DNA from: Phycisphaerales bacterium
Lineage (GTDB): Bacteria > Planctomycetota > Phycisphaerae > Phycisphaerales > UBA1924
DNA length: 64,000 nt
Assembly: GCA_965250055.1 (NCBI GenBank)
Contig: OZ252285.1
Location: 2,599,767-2,663,766 of the forward strand
Reading direction: 5' to 3'
A program made the translations under genes and the position numbers. Shown in pieces: positions 8,914 to 17,706 of this stretch. How positions within the stretch are numbered: position 1 is the stretch's first letter; the number at the start of each line of letters is the position of its first letter. Below the pieces are notes generated by a model. That model was not told the origin of the DNA. It saw nothing but the letters and a program-made list of their open reading frames with translations, and did no database searches.

Positions 8914-9372
8914 TCACCAAGGCCACTGGTCTTGAGACTCGATCTTGTCTGCGAGCCATGCGTTAGTCGTGGCATAGCTCAGTCCGTCCCCAGTTCCGAT
9001 GATGCAATGGACAACATTCGTTTCGAGTAACTCAATCATTTCTGATGGGATCCTTGAGCGCTCATTGAAAGTAGAGTAATCATTCGTCAGCTGTTGACAC
9101 TTTGAGTCCGTAGCTAGCTTTACAAGGTCTGGATTACAAACCCAGATTTCATCGAACCCGCCAAAGAAGCCGATTTCGTCGAGTTTCATCAGATCCTGCA
9201 TGGTTGATAGTGCTCTGCCTAGTTTGCGCTCAATCGCTTCGTTGATCCAAGCAGGTTCTCTTCCGCTATCGAGTGTGCGGACTATCGGAAAATAAGTGCT
9301 AAGCTCGGCTTCAAGCACCTTGATTGTGTACGACACTTCACAGTTCAAATGTCCGTAGTAGATTGAATTCAT
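8914..9372 (-). CDS. Hypothetical protein in a low-G+C islet, translationally coupled to the upstream HAD gene
   Basis: 152-aa ORF with no recognisable motif. Its ATG (9372-9370) overlaps the HAD stop (9371-9369) as ATGA. G+C is visibly lower (mid-40s % by eye) than the flanks. Confidence 0.6.
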   Translation of the reverse strand: MNSIYYGHLNCEVSYTIKVLEAELSTYFPIVRTLDSGREPAWINEAIERKLGRALSTMQDLMKLDEIGFFGGFDEIWVCNPDLVKLATDSKCQQLTNDYSTFNERSRIPSEMIELLETNVVHCIIGTGDGLSYATTNAWLADKIESQDQWPW

Positions 9373-10052
9373 GTGATGGATTGCGCGAGTTGGTCGATCA
9401 GCTCTTGGTGGGACTCGACGATCTGTGTCGCGCCGGCTTCGCGGAGCGTGTCAGCGGGGGTCAGCGACGCGAGTCCGATGACACGCATATTCGCGTTGCG
9501 AGCGGCTTGGACTCCTGAGACGGAATCCTCGACGACGATGGTGTCCTCTGGATCGTGTCCCATCACGCTCGCGGCGTGGAGGAAGAGCGCGGGATCGGGT
9601 TTCCACTTGTTGATCTGGTACGCGCTGAACATCGCGCACTGGGTTGGATCCTTTGGATGCGGGAAGCGGTCGATGAGCTTGGATCCAGTGAGCGTGATCG
9701 TTGCTTTCTTGATCGGTGCGTTGGTCGCGACGCAGCGGTCTGAATGATGATCGTCCAAGAGGTCGAGCAACTCGTGGATGCCTTCGATCGCTGGGACTGG
9801 ATCGGACTGGAGCGCTTCGTACATGCGCGTGCGGTAGGTGTCGAGCAGATCGGGGACTTTGAATCCGAGGTGGTCCTCGACGTCCTTATGGATGTCTTTG
9901 AGGTTGCGTCCCTTGAAGTGGGTGACGGAGTACTGCGTGTCGATTGCCCATCCCGCTTCGGAGACGGTCTGGGCGAGCACTCGGTTGGTGAGTGGTTCGG
10001 TATCGACGAGGACGCCGTCGCAGTCGAAGATGACGAGGTTCGCGTTGTGCAT
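9369..10052 (-). CDS. HAD-superfamily hydrolase (beta-phosphoglucomutase/phosphatase-like, subfamily IA)
   Basis: Motif I is VIFDCDGVLVDTE and the late motif is VVEDSVSGVQAARNANM. The start was chosen at MHNANLV; its ATG (10052-10050) overlaps the metG TGA (10054-10052) as TGATG. The upstream 88 aa of the track ORF lie inside metG. Confidence 0.85.
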   Translation of the reverse strand: MHNANLVIFDCDGVLVDTEPLTNRVLAQTVSEAGWAIDTQYSVTHFKGRNLKDIHKDVEDHLGFKVPDLLDTYRTRMYEALQSDPVPAIEGIHELLDLLDDHHSDRCVATNAPIKKATITLTGSKLIDRFPHPKDPTQCAMFSAYQINKWKPDPALFLHAASVMGHDPEDTIVVEDSVSGVQAARNANMRVIGLASLTPADTLREAGATQIVESHQELIDQLAQSIT

Positions 10053-11791
10053 CAGGACGCGGCCGTCGCTTCGGGTGCGGGTTCGTTGGTGTCGGCGCGC
10101 ATGAAGAGGGCGTCGCCTTTGGTGATCGACTGTCCCGCTTTGATGGAGTAGGGACCCATCCACTGGGCAAGCTCGGACAGCGGCGCGACGAGCGAGGAGT
10201 TTGGATCGCTCGGATCGGTGAGGTGCTCGCAGTTCCACGCGTCCCAGAGCTGCGCCATCTTCTGTGGCATCGCGGGGGACAGCAGCAGCGACGCGATGCG
10301 GAGCGCCTCGGCGCACGAGTAGAGGATCGAACGCAGCGCGTGGGGCGCGTCGTCGAGGGTGTCGAGTTGTTTGGCGAGCGTGAAGGGAGCGCTGTAGGAG
10401 ATGAACTCGTCGACCTCGCGGACGATCGAGCGTGCGGTGTCGAGCGCGGTTTCCAGATCGACACGATCGAGCGCTTCGAGATACTTGGCTGTTGCTTCTG
10501 CAGTGAACGTCGCGAAGTCGAAGGTGCGGTCCGGATCATCGACTGGTTTCCCGGCGTTCTCGAGTGCTTTGCGTGCGGTCTGCAGCGATGAGCCGTCGGG
10601 GAAACCGAACTGTCCGTTGCAGGTCGCGGGGACGGTGCCTTCGAAGTATTTGGCGACCATGTTCCCGACGCGGGACATGGAGTTCCCGATGGAGTTGGCG
10701 AGGTCGGCGTTGTAGACCTCGACGAATCGCGCGTGCGCGAAGTCCGCGTCGTTGGCACCCAGCGGGCCTTGGGTGGTGAGGAACCATCGCACAGCGTCGA
10801 GCGAGTATTTCTCGGCGTACGCCTGGAGGAGGTCGATCTCGATGAAGTTCCCGAGCGACTTGGACATCTTTGTGCCCTCGGCGATCCAGTACGCGTGCGC
10901 GTAGACGGTTTTGGGTGGTTCTTTCCCGAGCGCGTGGAGCATCGCGGGCCAGATGATCGCGTGGAACCAGAGGATGTCCTTGGCCATCAGGTGCGTGACT
11001 TCGCCTTCCCAGTACTTGCGGCGATCGTCGGTGTCAACGGTGGTGAGGTAGTTGCACAGCGCTTCGATCCACACATAGATGCGGTGCGAATCGTCGGTGG
11101 GCATTTTGATCCCCCAGTCCGCGTCGTCTTCTTTGATCTTGCGCGAGACGGGGACCTTCATGAGTCCCTGCTTGAGTCTTCCGAGCACCTCGTTCTTGCG
11201 CGCTCCTGGGAGGATCTGGATTGTGTCGTTTGCAAACTGCTCTTCGAGCCAGGACTGGTAGTTGTCGAGTCGGAAGAAGTAGTTCTGCTCTACGCGCTTT
11301 TCGAGGGGCTTACCGGTGACGGGAGAGTTGTAGTTGTTTTCCTTGGCGACGATCTCGGTGAGGTATTCTTCTTGAGATGGGTCGTACCAACCCTCGTAGT
11401 CTCCGAGTTCGATGTCTCCCTGATCGAGGAGCTGCTTGATGTACGCGGCGGCCTTGTCCTTGTGGCGGTCTTCGGTGGTGCGGACGAAGTCGTCGTTGGA
11501 GAAGTTCATGAACTCGAACGCGGCTTTGAAGCGGTCGGCGTTGATGGTCGCCCACTCGTAGGGGGTTTTGTTGTTCTCCGCGGCGGTCTTGGAGACCTTC
11601 TCCGCGTGCTCGTCGGTGCCTGTGAGGAAGAAGACATCGCGACCCACCAGACGCTGGGCGCGAGCGGCGACATCCGCGATCAGCGTCGTGTAGCAATGCC
11701 CGATATGCGGGCGATCGTTGACGTAGTAGATCGGTGTCGTGACGTAGTACGGCGTTTGGTTGGGTGCATCGGATGGCGGGTTTGAGGTCAT
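10052..11791 (-). CDS. metG: Methionine--tRNA ligase
   Basis: HIGH-type motif (RPHIGHCYTT), KMSKSLGN, and overall MetRS layout (YYVTTPIYYVND...). Confidence 0.95.
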   Translation of the reverse strand: MTSNPPSDAPNQTPYYVTTPIYYVNDRPHIGHCYTTLIADVAARAQRLVGRDVFFLTGTDEHAEKVSKTAAENNKTPYEWATINADRFKAAFEFMNFSNDDFVRTTEDRHKDKAAAYIKQLLDQGDIELGDYEGWYDPSQEEYLTEIVAKENNYNSPVTGKPLEKRVEQNYFFRLDNYQSWLEEQFANDTIQILPGARKNEVLGRLKQGLMKVPVSRKIKEDDADWGIKMPTDDSHRIYVWIEALCNYLTTVDTDDRRKYWEGEVTHLMAKDILWFHAIIWPAMLHALGKEPPKTVYAHAYWIAEGTKMSKSLGNFIEIDLLQAYAEKYSLDAVRWFLTTQGPLGANDADFAHARFVEVYNADLANSIGNSMSRVGNMVAKYFEGTVPATCNGQFGFPDGSSLQTARKALENAGKPVDDPDRTFDFATFTAEATAKYLEALDRVDLETALDTARSIVREVDEFISYSAPFTLAKQLDTLDDAPHALRSILYSCAEALRIASLLLSPAMPQKMAQLWDAWNCEHLTDPSDPNSSLVAPLSELAQWMGPYSIKAGQSITKGDALFMRADTNEPAPEATAAS

Positions 11792-11956
11792 GGTCAGGGA
11801 TTGTAGATCCAGTGCTCAAAGAAGCGACCAGAAATGAGGCGATGTTTTCTGAACGACCGGTTTGTAATGTTTGCGAAAATGTTCTATCGTTGTGTGCTTT
11901 GTGGGGAATACTGTTGGGTGCTTGGTCATTGGTCTATCTGTTGAGAGGCGGGCAAG

Positions 11957-12622
11957 TTGGAACGAACGAAGTTTGAACAACTTGCTCTGTCGCACCTCGA
12001 CGCGGTATATCGCATGGCGTTCCACCTGAGCCGGGACGCTGATGTTGCAGACGAGCTGGTTCAGGAGGTCTATGTCCGGGCGTTCCGTCCCGGCACGATC
12101 GAGCGCTTCGAGGACAAGAGCGCTGATGACGACCCGACTTCGGGGACCGGAGGCATGCGATCGTGGTTGTTCGCGATCACGCACAATGTCTTCTACTCGA
12201 AGATCAAGAAGGACAAGCGGCGACCGATGGCGGTCGAGGAGTTCTTTAACGAGTCGTCGGACGAGTTGATGCCCGATCAGGCGCCGCCGGTGTATGACCG
12301 AGCGTCGCTGGACTTCGAGCATGTCGATGAGAAGCTCAAGGAGGTTCTCTTCGGATTGAAAGAGGAGTACCGCGAGGTGCTGCTGATGTGGGCGGTCGAT
12401 GGTCTGAAGTACCGTGAGATCGCTGAGATTCTGGAGGTTCCGATCGGGACAGTGATGAGCCGACTCCATCGCTCGCGTAAGGTGCTCAGTGACGCGCTGA
12501 TGGGTGATGAGAAGGCTGTGGAAGAACTTGGTTTGAGGGTGATGTCAGGCGGATCGGTTGGCGATACTGAGAAGAGCGCGAGCGGACGCATGACAGATGG
12601 GCAGAACAACAATGACGAATGA
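11957..12622 (+). CDS. ECF-type RNA polymerase sigma factor (sigma-70 family)
   Basis: Region 2 (LDAVYRMAFHLSRDADVADELVQEVYVRAF) and region 4 HTH (YREIAEILEVPIGTVMSRLHRSRKVL). TTG start with GAGAGG about 9 nt upstream. An unusual ~45-aa C-terminal extension is present. Confidence 0.85.
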   Translation: MERTKFEQLALSHLDAVYRMAFHLSRDADVADELVQEVYVRAFRPGTIERFEDKSADDDPTSGTGGMRSWLFAITHNVFYSKIKKDKRRPMAVEEFFNESSDELMPDQAPPVYDRASLDFEHVDEKLKEVLFGLKEEYREVLLMWAVDGLKYREIAEILEVPIGTVMSRLHRSRKVLSDALMGDEKAVEELGLRVMSGGSVGDTEKSASGRMTDGQNNNDE

Positions 12623-13559
12623 TCACTCACACAATCCCGACATGATCCACGGCTCGGACCTTTCCGCCGAGGAGCTCTGTATCGCATCGATGCTCCGTGC
12701 GTGTGCTGATGGCGAGCTGTGCCCCGAGGGGTGCGAGCGTCTGAAGAAATACCTTGCCGATCATCCGGACGCAGCGGCGCGGGTCGAGTTCGAAAAGAAA
12801 CTGCGTGGATGCTGCGATCGCGTGATGCGTGAGCCTCAGTGTCCTGATGCGCTCCGCGCCAAGATCCAAGCGCTTGCCGGCGCGTCGATGACGGCGTCCA
12901 ATATCGAAGCATCCAATCAAGTGACACGCGAGAAAAGCTTCTGGCAGCGGAGCCCAGTCATGAGCGCGATGGCGGCGGTCCTCGTGATCGCGGCTGGAGC
13001 GATGATCTGGCAGAGCTCGTCGCTCATCACCAAGGGCAGCGGCATCGGTGCTGTGGAAACAACCCCCGCGAGTTACGCGGAGCGTCTGGGGAACTTTGTC
13101 GCTCGAGAGCATGCTCGCTGCTGCGAAGAACGCGCCGCTCAGAGCAAGCTAGTCCACAACGAGATCAGCGAATCGATCGCGTACTTCTCTGATCGCTTCG
13201 AGCATTCGATCACGATGCCCGGCTCGCTCAATGAGCACGAGCAGATCAAGTTCTACGGCGGTGGGGACTGTCACCTCCCAGCAACAGTCGCATCGGGACA
13301 CATGCGCTTTGACGCCGTGGGTCCGGACGGACAAACGGTTTCGCTGAGTCTGTTCGTCGCTCCAGATCCTGGACTCTTGGAGATGGAAGAGGGCACAACC
13401 TACGTGCTCAAATCGTCTCAGTGTCAGGAGCAGGGAGCGAGCTTGTTCGCGTGGTCACGCGACGGGGTGATGTACCTGCTCGTGTCTGAAGCGGGCGAGG
13501 ACATGTGCGCCTCGGTCCGCGGGATGATGCAGGCGCCGGCAGCGATCAAGCAGCTCTGA
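12597..13559 (+). CDS. Putative membrane-spanning anti-sigma factor
   Basis: Overlaps the sigma gene 3' end (alternative ATG at 12612). Cys-rich N-terminal cytoplasmic part, a single TM (SPVMSAMAAVLVIAAGAMIW) and an extracytoplasmic C-domain. The call rests mainly on position and topology. Confidence 0.55.
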   Translation: MGRTTMTNDHSHNPDMIHGSDLSAEELCIASMLRACADGELCPEGCERLKKYLADHPDAAARVEFEKKLRGCCDRVMREPQCPDALRAKIQALAGASMTASNIEASNQVTREKSFWQRSPVMSAMAAVLVIAAGAMIWQSSSLITKGSGIGAVETTPASYAERLGNFVAREHARCCEERAAQSKLVHNEISESIAYFSDRFEHSITMPGSLNEHEQIKFYGGGDCHLPATVASGHMRFDAVGPDGQTVSLSLFVAPDPGLLEMEEGTTYVLKSSQCQEQGASLFAWSRDGVMYLLVSEAGEDMCASVRGMMQAPAAIKQL

Positions 13560-13785
13560 GCCCGAATCAAAAACCGATTACGAATCCAATCCAGATAACA
13601 TGCGCGGACCATGAGTTGGGTGTCGAGCCGAGCAGGCTCAAATGCCGATTGAGTGGTGTGCGATGTATCCGTTTTTGTGCGGAAATCTTGTGCATATGCC
13701 GGAATTGCGAGCAATTGTGGGCGGTTGGGACGAACCGGCTCGGGGTGCTGGCGAGTATGATCTGTAGACGAGGAAGGATCCATCG

Positions 13786-15516
13786 ATGAGCAATGATCAA
13801 CGCGGAATAGTTGGGGGTTTCTGGGGCGGGGGAGCCGCAGCCATGATCGGTCTGCTGACGATGTGCAGCGGAGAGGCGATCGCACAGAACGCGCTGGGCG
13901 ACGGCAAGGGGCTCCAAGCGAATCCGAGACAGGGTTCGGGCGGCGTGAACTACCAGCGTCCGAGTCTTGAACGCGAGGTCCAGTTCCGCAACTCCATCGC
14001 GACAGGCAACGCTCCAGGCGGATTGAGCTTCCGAGGCGATCTTGGGTATCGCTCGGCTGGGGAGTTTTCTGGGGATCTTGGGTCTGATACGTTGTATACC
14101 TTCCGGCGTGACACGCTGTACTCAGGACTCGCCGGGATGGGAATCCGCGGGACCGATGCGCTCCAGTATCAGTTCTCGTTGACGACCGGCTCGCGGATCA
14201 CACGCAACATGATGGGCAACCTCGCGGTCTCACGCAACTACGGCTCAAGCTCCGCGGAGTTCAGCGGCGGGATCGGGGCAAGCGACCCCATCGCGATTGA
14301 TCCGCAGGGACGCTTTAACGAATCACGCGCCGATGTGAGCGGATCGCTCCGATCGACCGCTACCTACTCAGCGACCTCGAGCTTGGTTCCCGAGTTGATC
14401 TCTGTGTACGAATCAGGGATCGAGCAGGACCGCTACGGCGTGGTCTCGACGCCTTTGATGGGACTGGTTTCGACTCCGATGGATTCAGGGGTGCGTATCC
14501 GTCGTCCGGGTGAGGTCGCCGCCGAACGTGTCAAGACGTCGTACTCCGAACTGATCGAGGACTACCAGAATCGCGCTCGCGAGCTGCTGGAAACGGATGT
14601 TGATCCGGTCGATGCTCCTGGAAACACGACGGACCCAACGGAGATCGATCCGAGCGGGGCTGACGATGAGGCGATCCAGCAAGAGACCAATAAATGGATC
14701 AACAACCAGCTGAGCAAGCTTCAGCGTCAGCTGCTGGGAATCCCAGAGCCCACAACTCCTCAAGAGCAGACAGCCGAGGGAGAAGAGGGTTCCGATGATC
14801 CCGACAACGGCGTGCTGATCCGTGATCCGCTGGATCGTGAATCCATCGAGAGCGGTGTCCCAGAGATCGGGTTTGATCGCGGCGAAGATCTCGGCGGACA
14901 GACGACCTTTGAGATCGATCCCAAGACCCTCGAACTGCTCCGCAAGAGCGGCGATCGCGTGACGTACCTGGTTGATCCGACGGCTGAGAGCACAGACGTG
15001 TACTTCGTCCACATGAGAGCGGGGGAGCGATTGCTCAAGAACGGGCGCTACTTCGACGCGGAGGAACGCTTTACCAACGCGATGGCCGTGCGCCAGGGGA
15101 ATGTCCCGGCGCAGATGGGGCGTCTGCACGCACAGATCGGCGCAGGGGTGGTCATCAGCGCGTCGGTGAATCTGCAGCAGCTGCTCAGCGAGCACATCGA
15201 GGTGATTTCGGTGCGGTATTCAGGTGATCTGCTCCCGTCTGAGGAGCGTGTGAAGGAGTTGATCCTGACGCTCCGCGAGCGTGCGGGATTGGTCGATCGT
15301 GGGCCGTTGATCCCTGAGGAGCCGACGAAGGTGCGCGTAGCGTGCGGCTTGTTGATGGCGTACCTGGGATTCCAGATCGGCGATCAGCAGCAGATGCAAG
15401 ACGGGTTCGGCGTGATCCGTGAGATCGGGTCCGCGTCTGACCAGCGATTGGTGACGCTGCTCGACACGGTCTGGAGCGCGGCACTGGAAGACGCAGAGGG
15501 CGGAACACAGCCATGA
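13786..15516 (+). CDS. Hypothetical secreted protein (signal peptide, acidic linker, helical-repeat C-terminus)
   Basis: SD GAGGAAGGA before the ATG. The N-terminal hydrophobic segment ends in AIAQ. No family recognised. The stop overlaps the next start (ATGA at 15513-15516). Confidence 0.65.
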   Translation: MSNDQRGIVGGFWGGGAAAMIGLLTMCSGEAIAQNALGDGKGLQANPRQGSGGVNYQRPSLEREVQFRNSIATGNAPGGLSFRGDLGYRSAGEFSGDLGSDTLYTFRRDTLYSGLAGMGIRGTDALQYQFSLTTGSRITRNMMGNLAVSRNYGSSSAEFSGGIGASDPIAIDPQGRFNESRADVSGSLRSTATYSATSSLVPELISVYESGIEQDRYGVVSTPLMGLVSTPMDSGVRIRRPGEVAAERVKTSYSELIEDYQNRARELLETDVDPVDAPGNTTDPTEIDPSGADDEAIQQETNKWINNQLSKLQRQLLGIPEPTTPQEQTAEGEEGSDDPDNGVLIRDPLDRESIESGVPEIGFDRGEDLGGQTTFEIDPKTLELLRKSGDRVTYLVDPTAESTDVYFVHMRAGERLLKNGRYFDAEERFTNAMAVRQGNVPAQMGRLHAQIGAGVVISASVNLQQLLSEHIEVISVRYSGDLLPSEERVKELILTLRERAGLVDRGPLIPEEPTKVRVACGLLMAYLGFQIGDQQQMQDGFGVIREIGSASDQRLVTLLDTVWSAALEDAEGGTQP

Positions 15517-17177
15517 ATCAGGACTCCGGCGCTGGGCGCGGCGGATCTTTGCGTGACTACTGGACCGATGGATCGGTGTCTCGTTTATGCGCTGCTCTCA
15601 GTGAGCTGTCGGGTGTTTCTGTGCAGCTCCGCGATGAGCGCGGGATCGTGCTTGGTCCCGACGACGACGCGGAGTTCTTCGGTGGGAAGGTCGAGCCGAT
15701 CGATCCGGGATCGCACGTGTTCCCGATCCGGATCGGGGGAGACACCGTCATCGGATCGGTCGTGGTCAGCGCGATGGATCAAGATGGTTCCGGGGATTCA
15801 CTCGTCGCGAGCGAAGCGATCGTCGTGCAGATGGGGCAGATGATCGCGTCGATGGCGACGGAGATGTGCACTGATGTCTCCGAGCTTCGCATCCGCTACA
15901 AAGCGATCGAGGTGCTCTATCGACTCAACGCGGAGCTCGTCGCGGGAGGGCGCGTCAGCGACACACTCAAGCTCACGCTCGAAACAGCGCTCGAAGCGTT
16001 CGGACTCGAAGCGGGCGCGATCATGCTGCTCCCTGAGGACTCGGAGGGGCTGGCGCGGACGGATCTTGAGGACGAGCTTGAGCGGAGCGCTTCTGTTGGG
16101 CTCAGCGAGGATTGGTTGTCGTCGCCGTTGCCGTTGTCTGCGGGACGCGAGATCGATCGTGCGTCGCTTGACGGCGAGGTCACGGTGATCGAGGACCTGC
16201 ACAAGGACGATCGCATCCTGGCGCGAGATCAGGTGATCCGCGAGGGGCTCCGTTCGTTTGTGGGGACAGGGATGGTGTTCGATGGTCATCCGATCGGGGT
16301 GATCCGTTTGTACTCGCGGACACAGCGTTCGTTTACTGGCGCCGAGCGGAGATTGATCCGTTCGATCGGTCAGTCCGCCGCGATGGCGGTCGAGCAGGCG
16401 CGGCTGATCAAGATGAAAGCACGCGAACGGCGCACGCAGCGCGCGCTCAAGATCGCGGGGACGGTGCAGCAGCGGATGCTCCCGAATCGATTGCCAAAGG
16501 TCGAGCACCTCGACATCGCGGCTCGTTTTCGTCCGAGCTTCCAGATCGCGGGTGATTTCTACGACGTGTTCGAGGTCCGCGACAAGATCGGGATCATGGT
16601 GGGGGATGTCGTGGGGAAGGGGATCGTCGCGGGATTGCTGATGAGCGCGGTGCGCGCCACGCTCCGTGCATACGCGGAGCTCAGCGATGACCTCTCGCGC
16701 GTGATGGCGCGGACAAATGAAGCGATTCATCGCGACACGACGGTGTCGGAGTTCGCGACGATCTGGTATGGGGTGTTCGATCCGGAGACCAACGAGCTGT
16801 GCTATGTGACCGCGGGGCACGAGCCGCCGTTGCTGCTGACGAGGGGTGATGATGGGGTCTGGAAGCACGAGATGCTGCGAGGCGAGGGGCTCGTCGCGGG
16901 GGTGCAGGACAACGAGGATTACGCGATGGAACGCGTCGTGCTCAGCAAGGACCAGGTGGTGGTGGTGTACACCGACGGGATGATGGACGCGCTGGACTTT
17001 ACTGGTCAGCGGTTTGGTCGGGCGCGTTTGATCAACGCGGTCGTGAGCACGCTCAACGAGGAGCCTGATGCGAATGCGGATCGCGTGGTCGAGCGCGTGT
17101 TCTGGCACATGCGCCAGTTCACCGGACTCCAAGCGCAAGCGGACGACGAGACCGTCGTCGTGATGCGGGCGCGGTAA
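15513..17177 (+). CDS. GAF-domain PP2C (SpoIIE/RsbU-type) serine phosphatase
   Basis: GAF-like centre (LETALEAFGLEAGAIMLLP...GVIRLYSR), then the SpoIIE signature QQRMLP...AGDFYDVF...MVGDVVGKG...YTDGMMDA...DDETVVVMRA. Confidence 0.85.
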   Translation: MNQDSGAGRGGSLRDYWTDGSVSRLCAALSELSGVSVQLRDERGIVLGPDDDAEFFGGKVEPIDPGSHVFPIRIGGDTVIGSVVVSAMDQDGSGDSLVASEAIVVQMGQMIASMATEMCTDVSELRIRYKAIEVLYRLNAELVAGGRVSDTLKLTLETALEAFGLEAGAIMLLPEDSEGLARTDLEDELERSASVGLSEDWLSSPLPLSAGREIDRASLDGEVTVIEDLHKDDRILARDQVIREGLRSFVGTGMVFDGHPIGVIRLYSRTQRSFTGAERRLIRSIGQSAAMAVEQARLIKMKARERRTQRALKIAGTVQQRMLPNRLPKVEHLDIAARFRPSFQIAGDFYDVFEVRDKIGIMVGDVVGKGIVAGLLMSAVRATLRAYAELSDDLSRVMARTNEAIHRDTTVSEFATIWYGVFDPETNELCYVTAGHEPPLLLTRGDDGVWKHEMLRGEGLVAGVQDNEDYAMERVVLSKDQVVVVYTDGMMDALDFTGQRFGRARLINAVVSTLNEEPDANADRVVERVFWHMRQFTGLQAQADDETVVVMRAR

Positions 17178-17201
17178 AAGAGTACAAATCGGAAAACAAG
17201 A

Positions 17202-17231
17202 AACGCCCGCTGCGTGATGGCAACGGGCGTT
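17202..17231. terminator. Hairpin between convergent genes
   Basis: AACGCCCG (17202-17209) pairs with CGGGCGTT (17224-17231). It is followed by GTGTGTTTG. Confidence 0.55.
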
Positions 17232-17254
17232 GTGTGTTTGAGGTTAACGATTGA

Positions 17255-17404
17255 TCAGGCGGCGTACGGCCCGTCGTCGTCATCGTTGTTGGTCCACTGC
17301 GCGAAGCTGAAGGACTGGGCTTCTTCTTCCATGAGCTCGTTGAGCTGTTCCATCTTGGATTCAGCGTCGGCGAGTGCTTGCTGAGCGAGTTCGATCGAGT
17401 CCAT
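17255..17404 (-). CDS. Small acidic hypothetical protein (49 aa)
   Basis: ATG at 17404 is preceded by AGAGGA at good spacing. The sequence is MDSIELAQQALADAESKMEQLNELMEEEAQSFSFAQWTNNDDDDGPYAA. The longer 89-aa track ORF has no SD. Confidence 0.45.
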   Translation of the reverse strand: MDSIELAQQALADAESKMEQLNELMEEEAQSFSFAQWTNNDDDDGPYAA

Positions 17405-17706
17405 AGCGTCCTCTTTCTGGTCAGTGCCGGCGGCGCGCCATGAGGGCATGCTCGTGAACGGCAAAGGTGCGGGGGGATCTTCAATCGTGTCGGTCTCTCG
17501 GCAGAGTCTCAGATTTGGCATCACGGCCCTCCTTGGACTGGAATGAGTCCAGATGAGTCTGCATAACAGATCGTCATTCGGTTTCGCTCAATGAAGCACA
17601 AACCCGACAATCGAGATGCTTTGGCCCGAAGAATCGTGACAGATGATCCCATGAGTCGTGTTATCGGCACTTGGGAGCAGAGTTGATGAGCTTTGGTGGT
17701 GCTGAT

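Noticed and set aside
9369-10316. The full 315-aa track ORF as the HAD gene. The same applies to the 289-aa version of tmk at 21155-22024, the 642-aa nhaA at 39866-41794, the 805-aa gene at 32045-34462, the 228-aa upp and the 959-aa topA.
   Set aside because: The N-terminal extensions are Arg/Pro-rich, overlap the preceding gene or have non-ATG starts without SD. The conserved family N-termini or signal peptides begin at the internal Met codons used in the feature table.
11792-11956. An ECF-type promoter (GAAC-N16/17-CGT) for sigma autoregulation in the metG/sigma divergent region, and likewise in 13560-13785.
   Set aside because: I could find only loose partial matches (for example GAAC…GCG with an 18-nt spacer). 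That is not sufficient without a regulon-derived motif.
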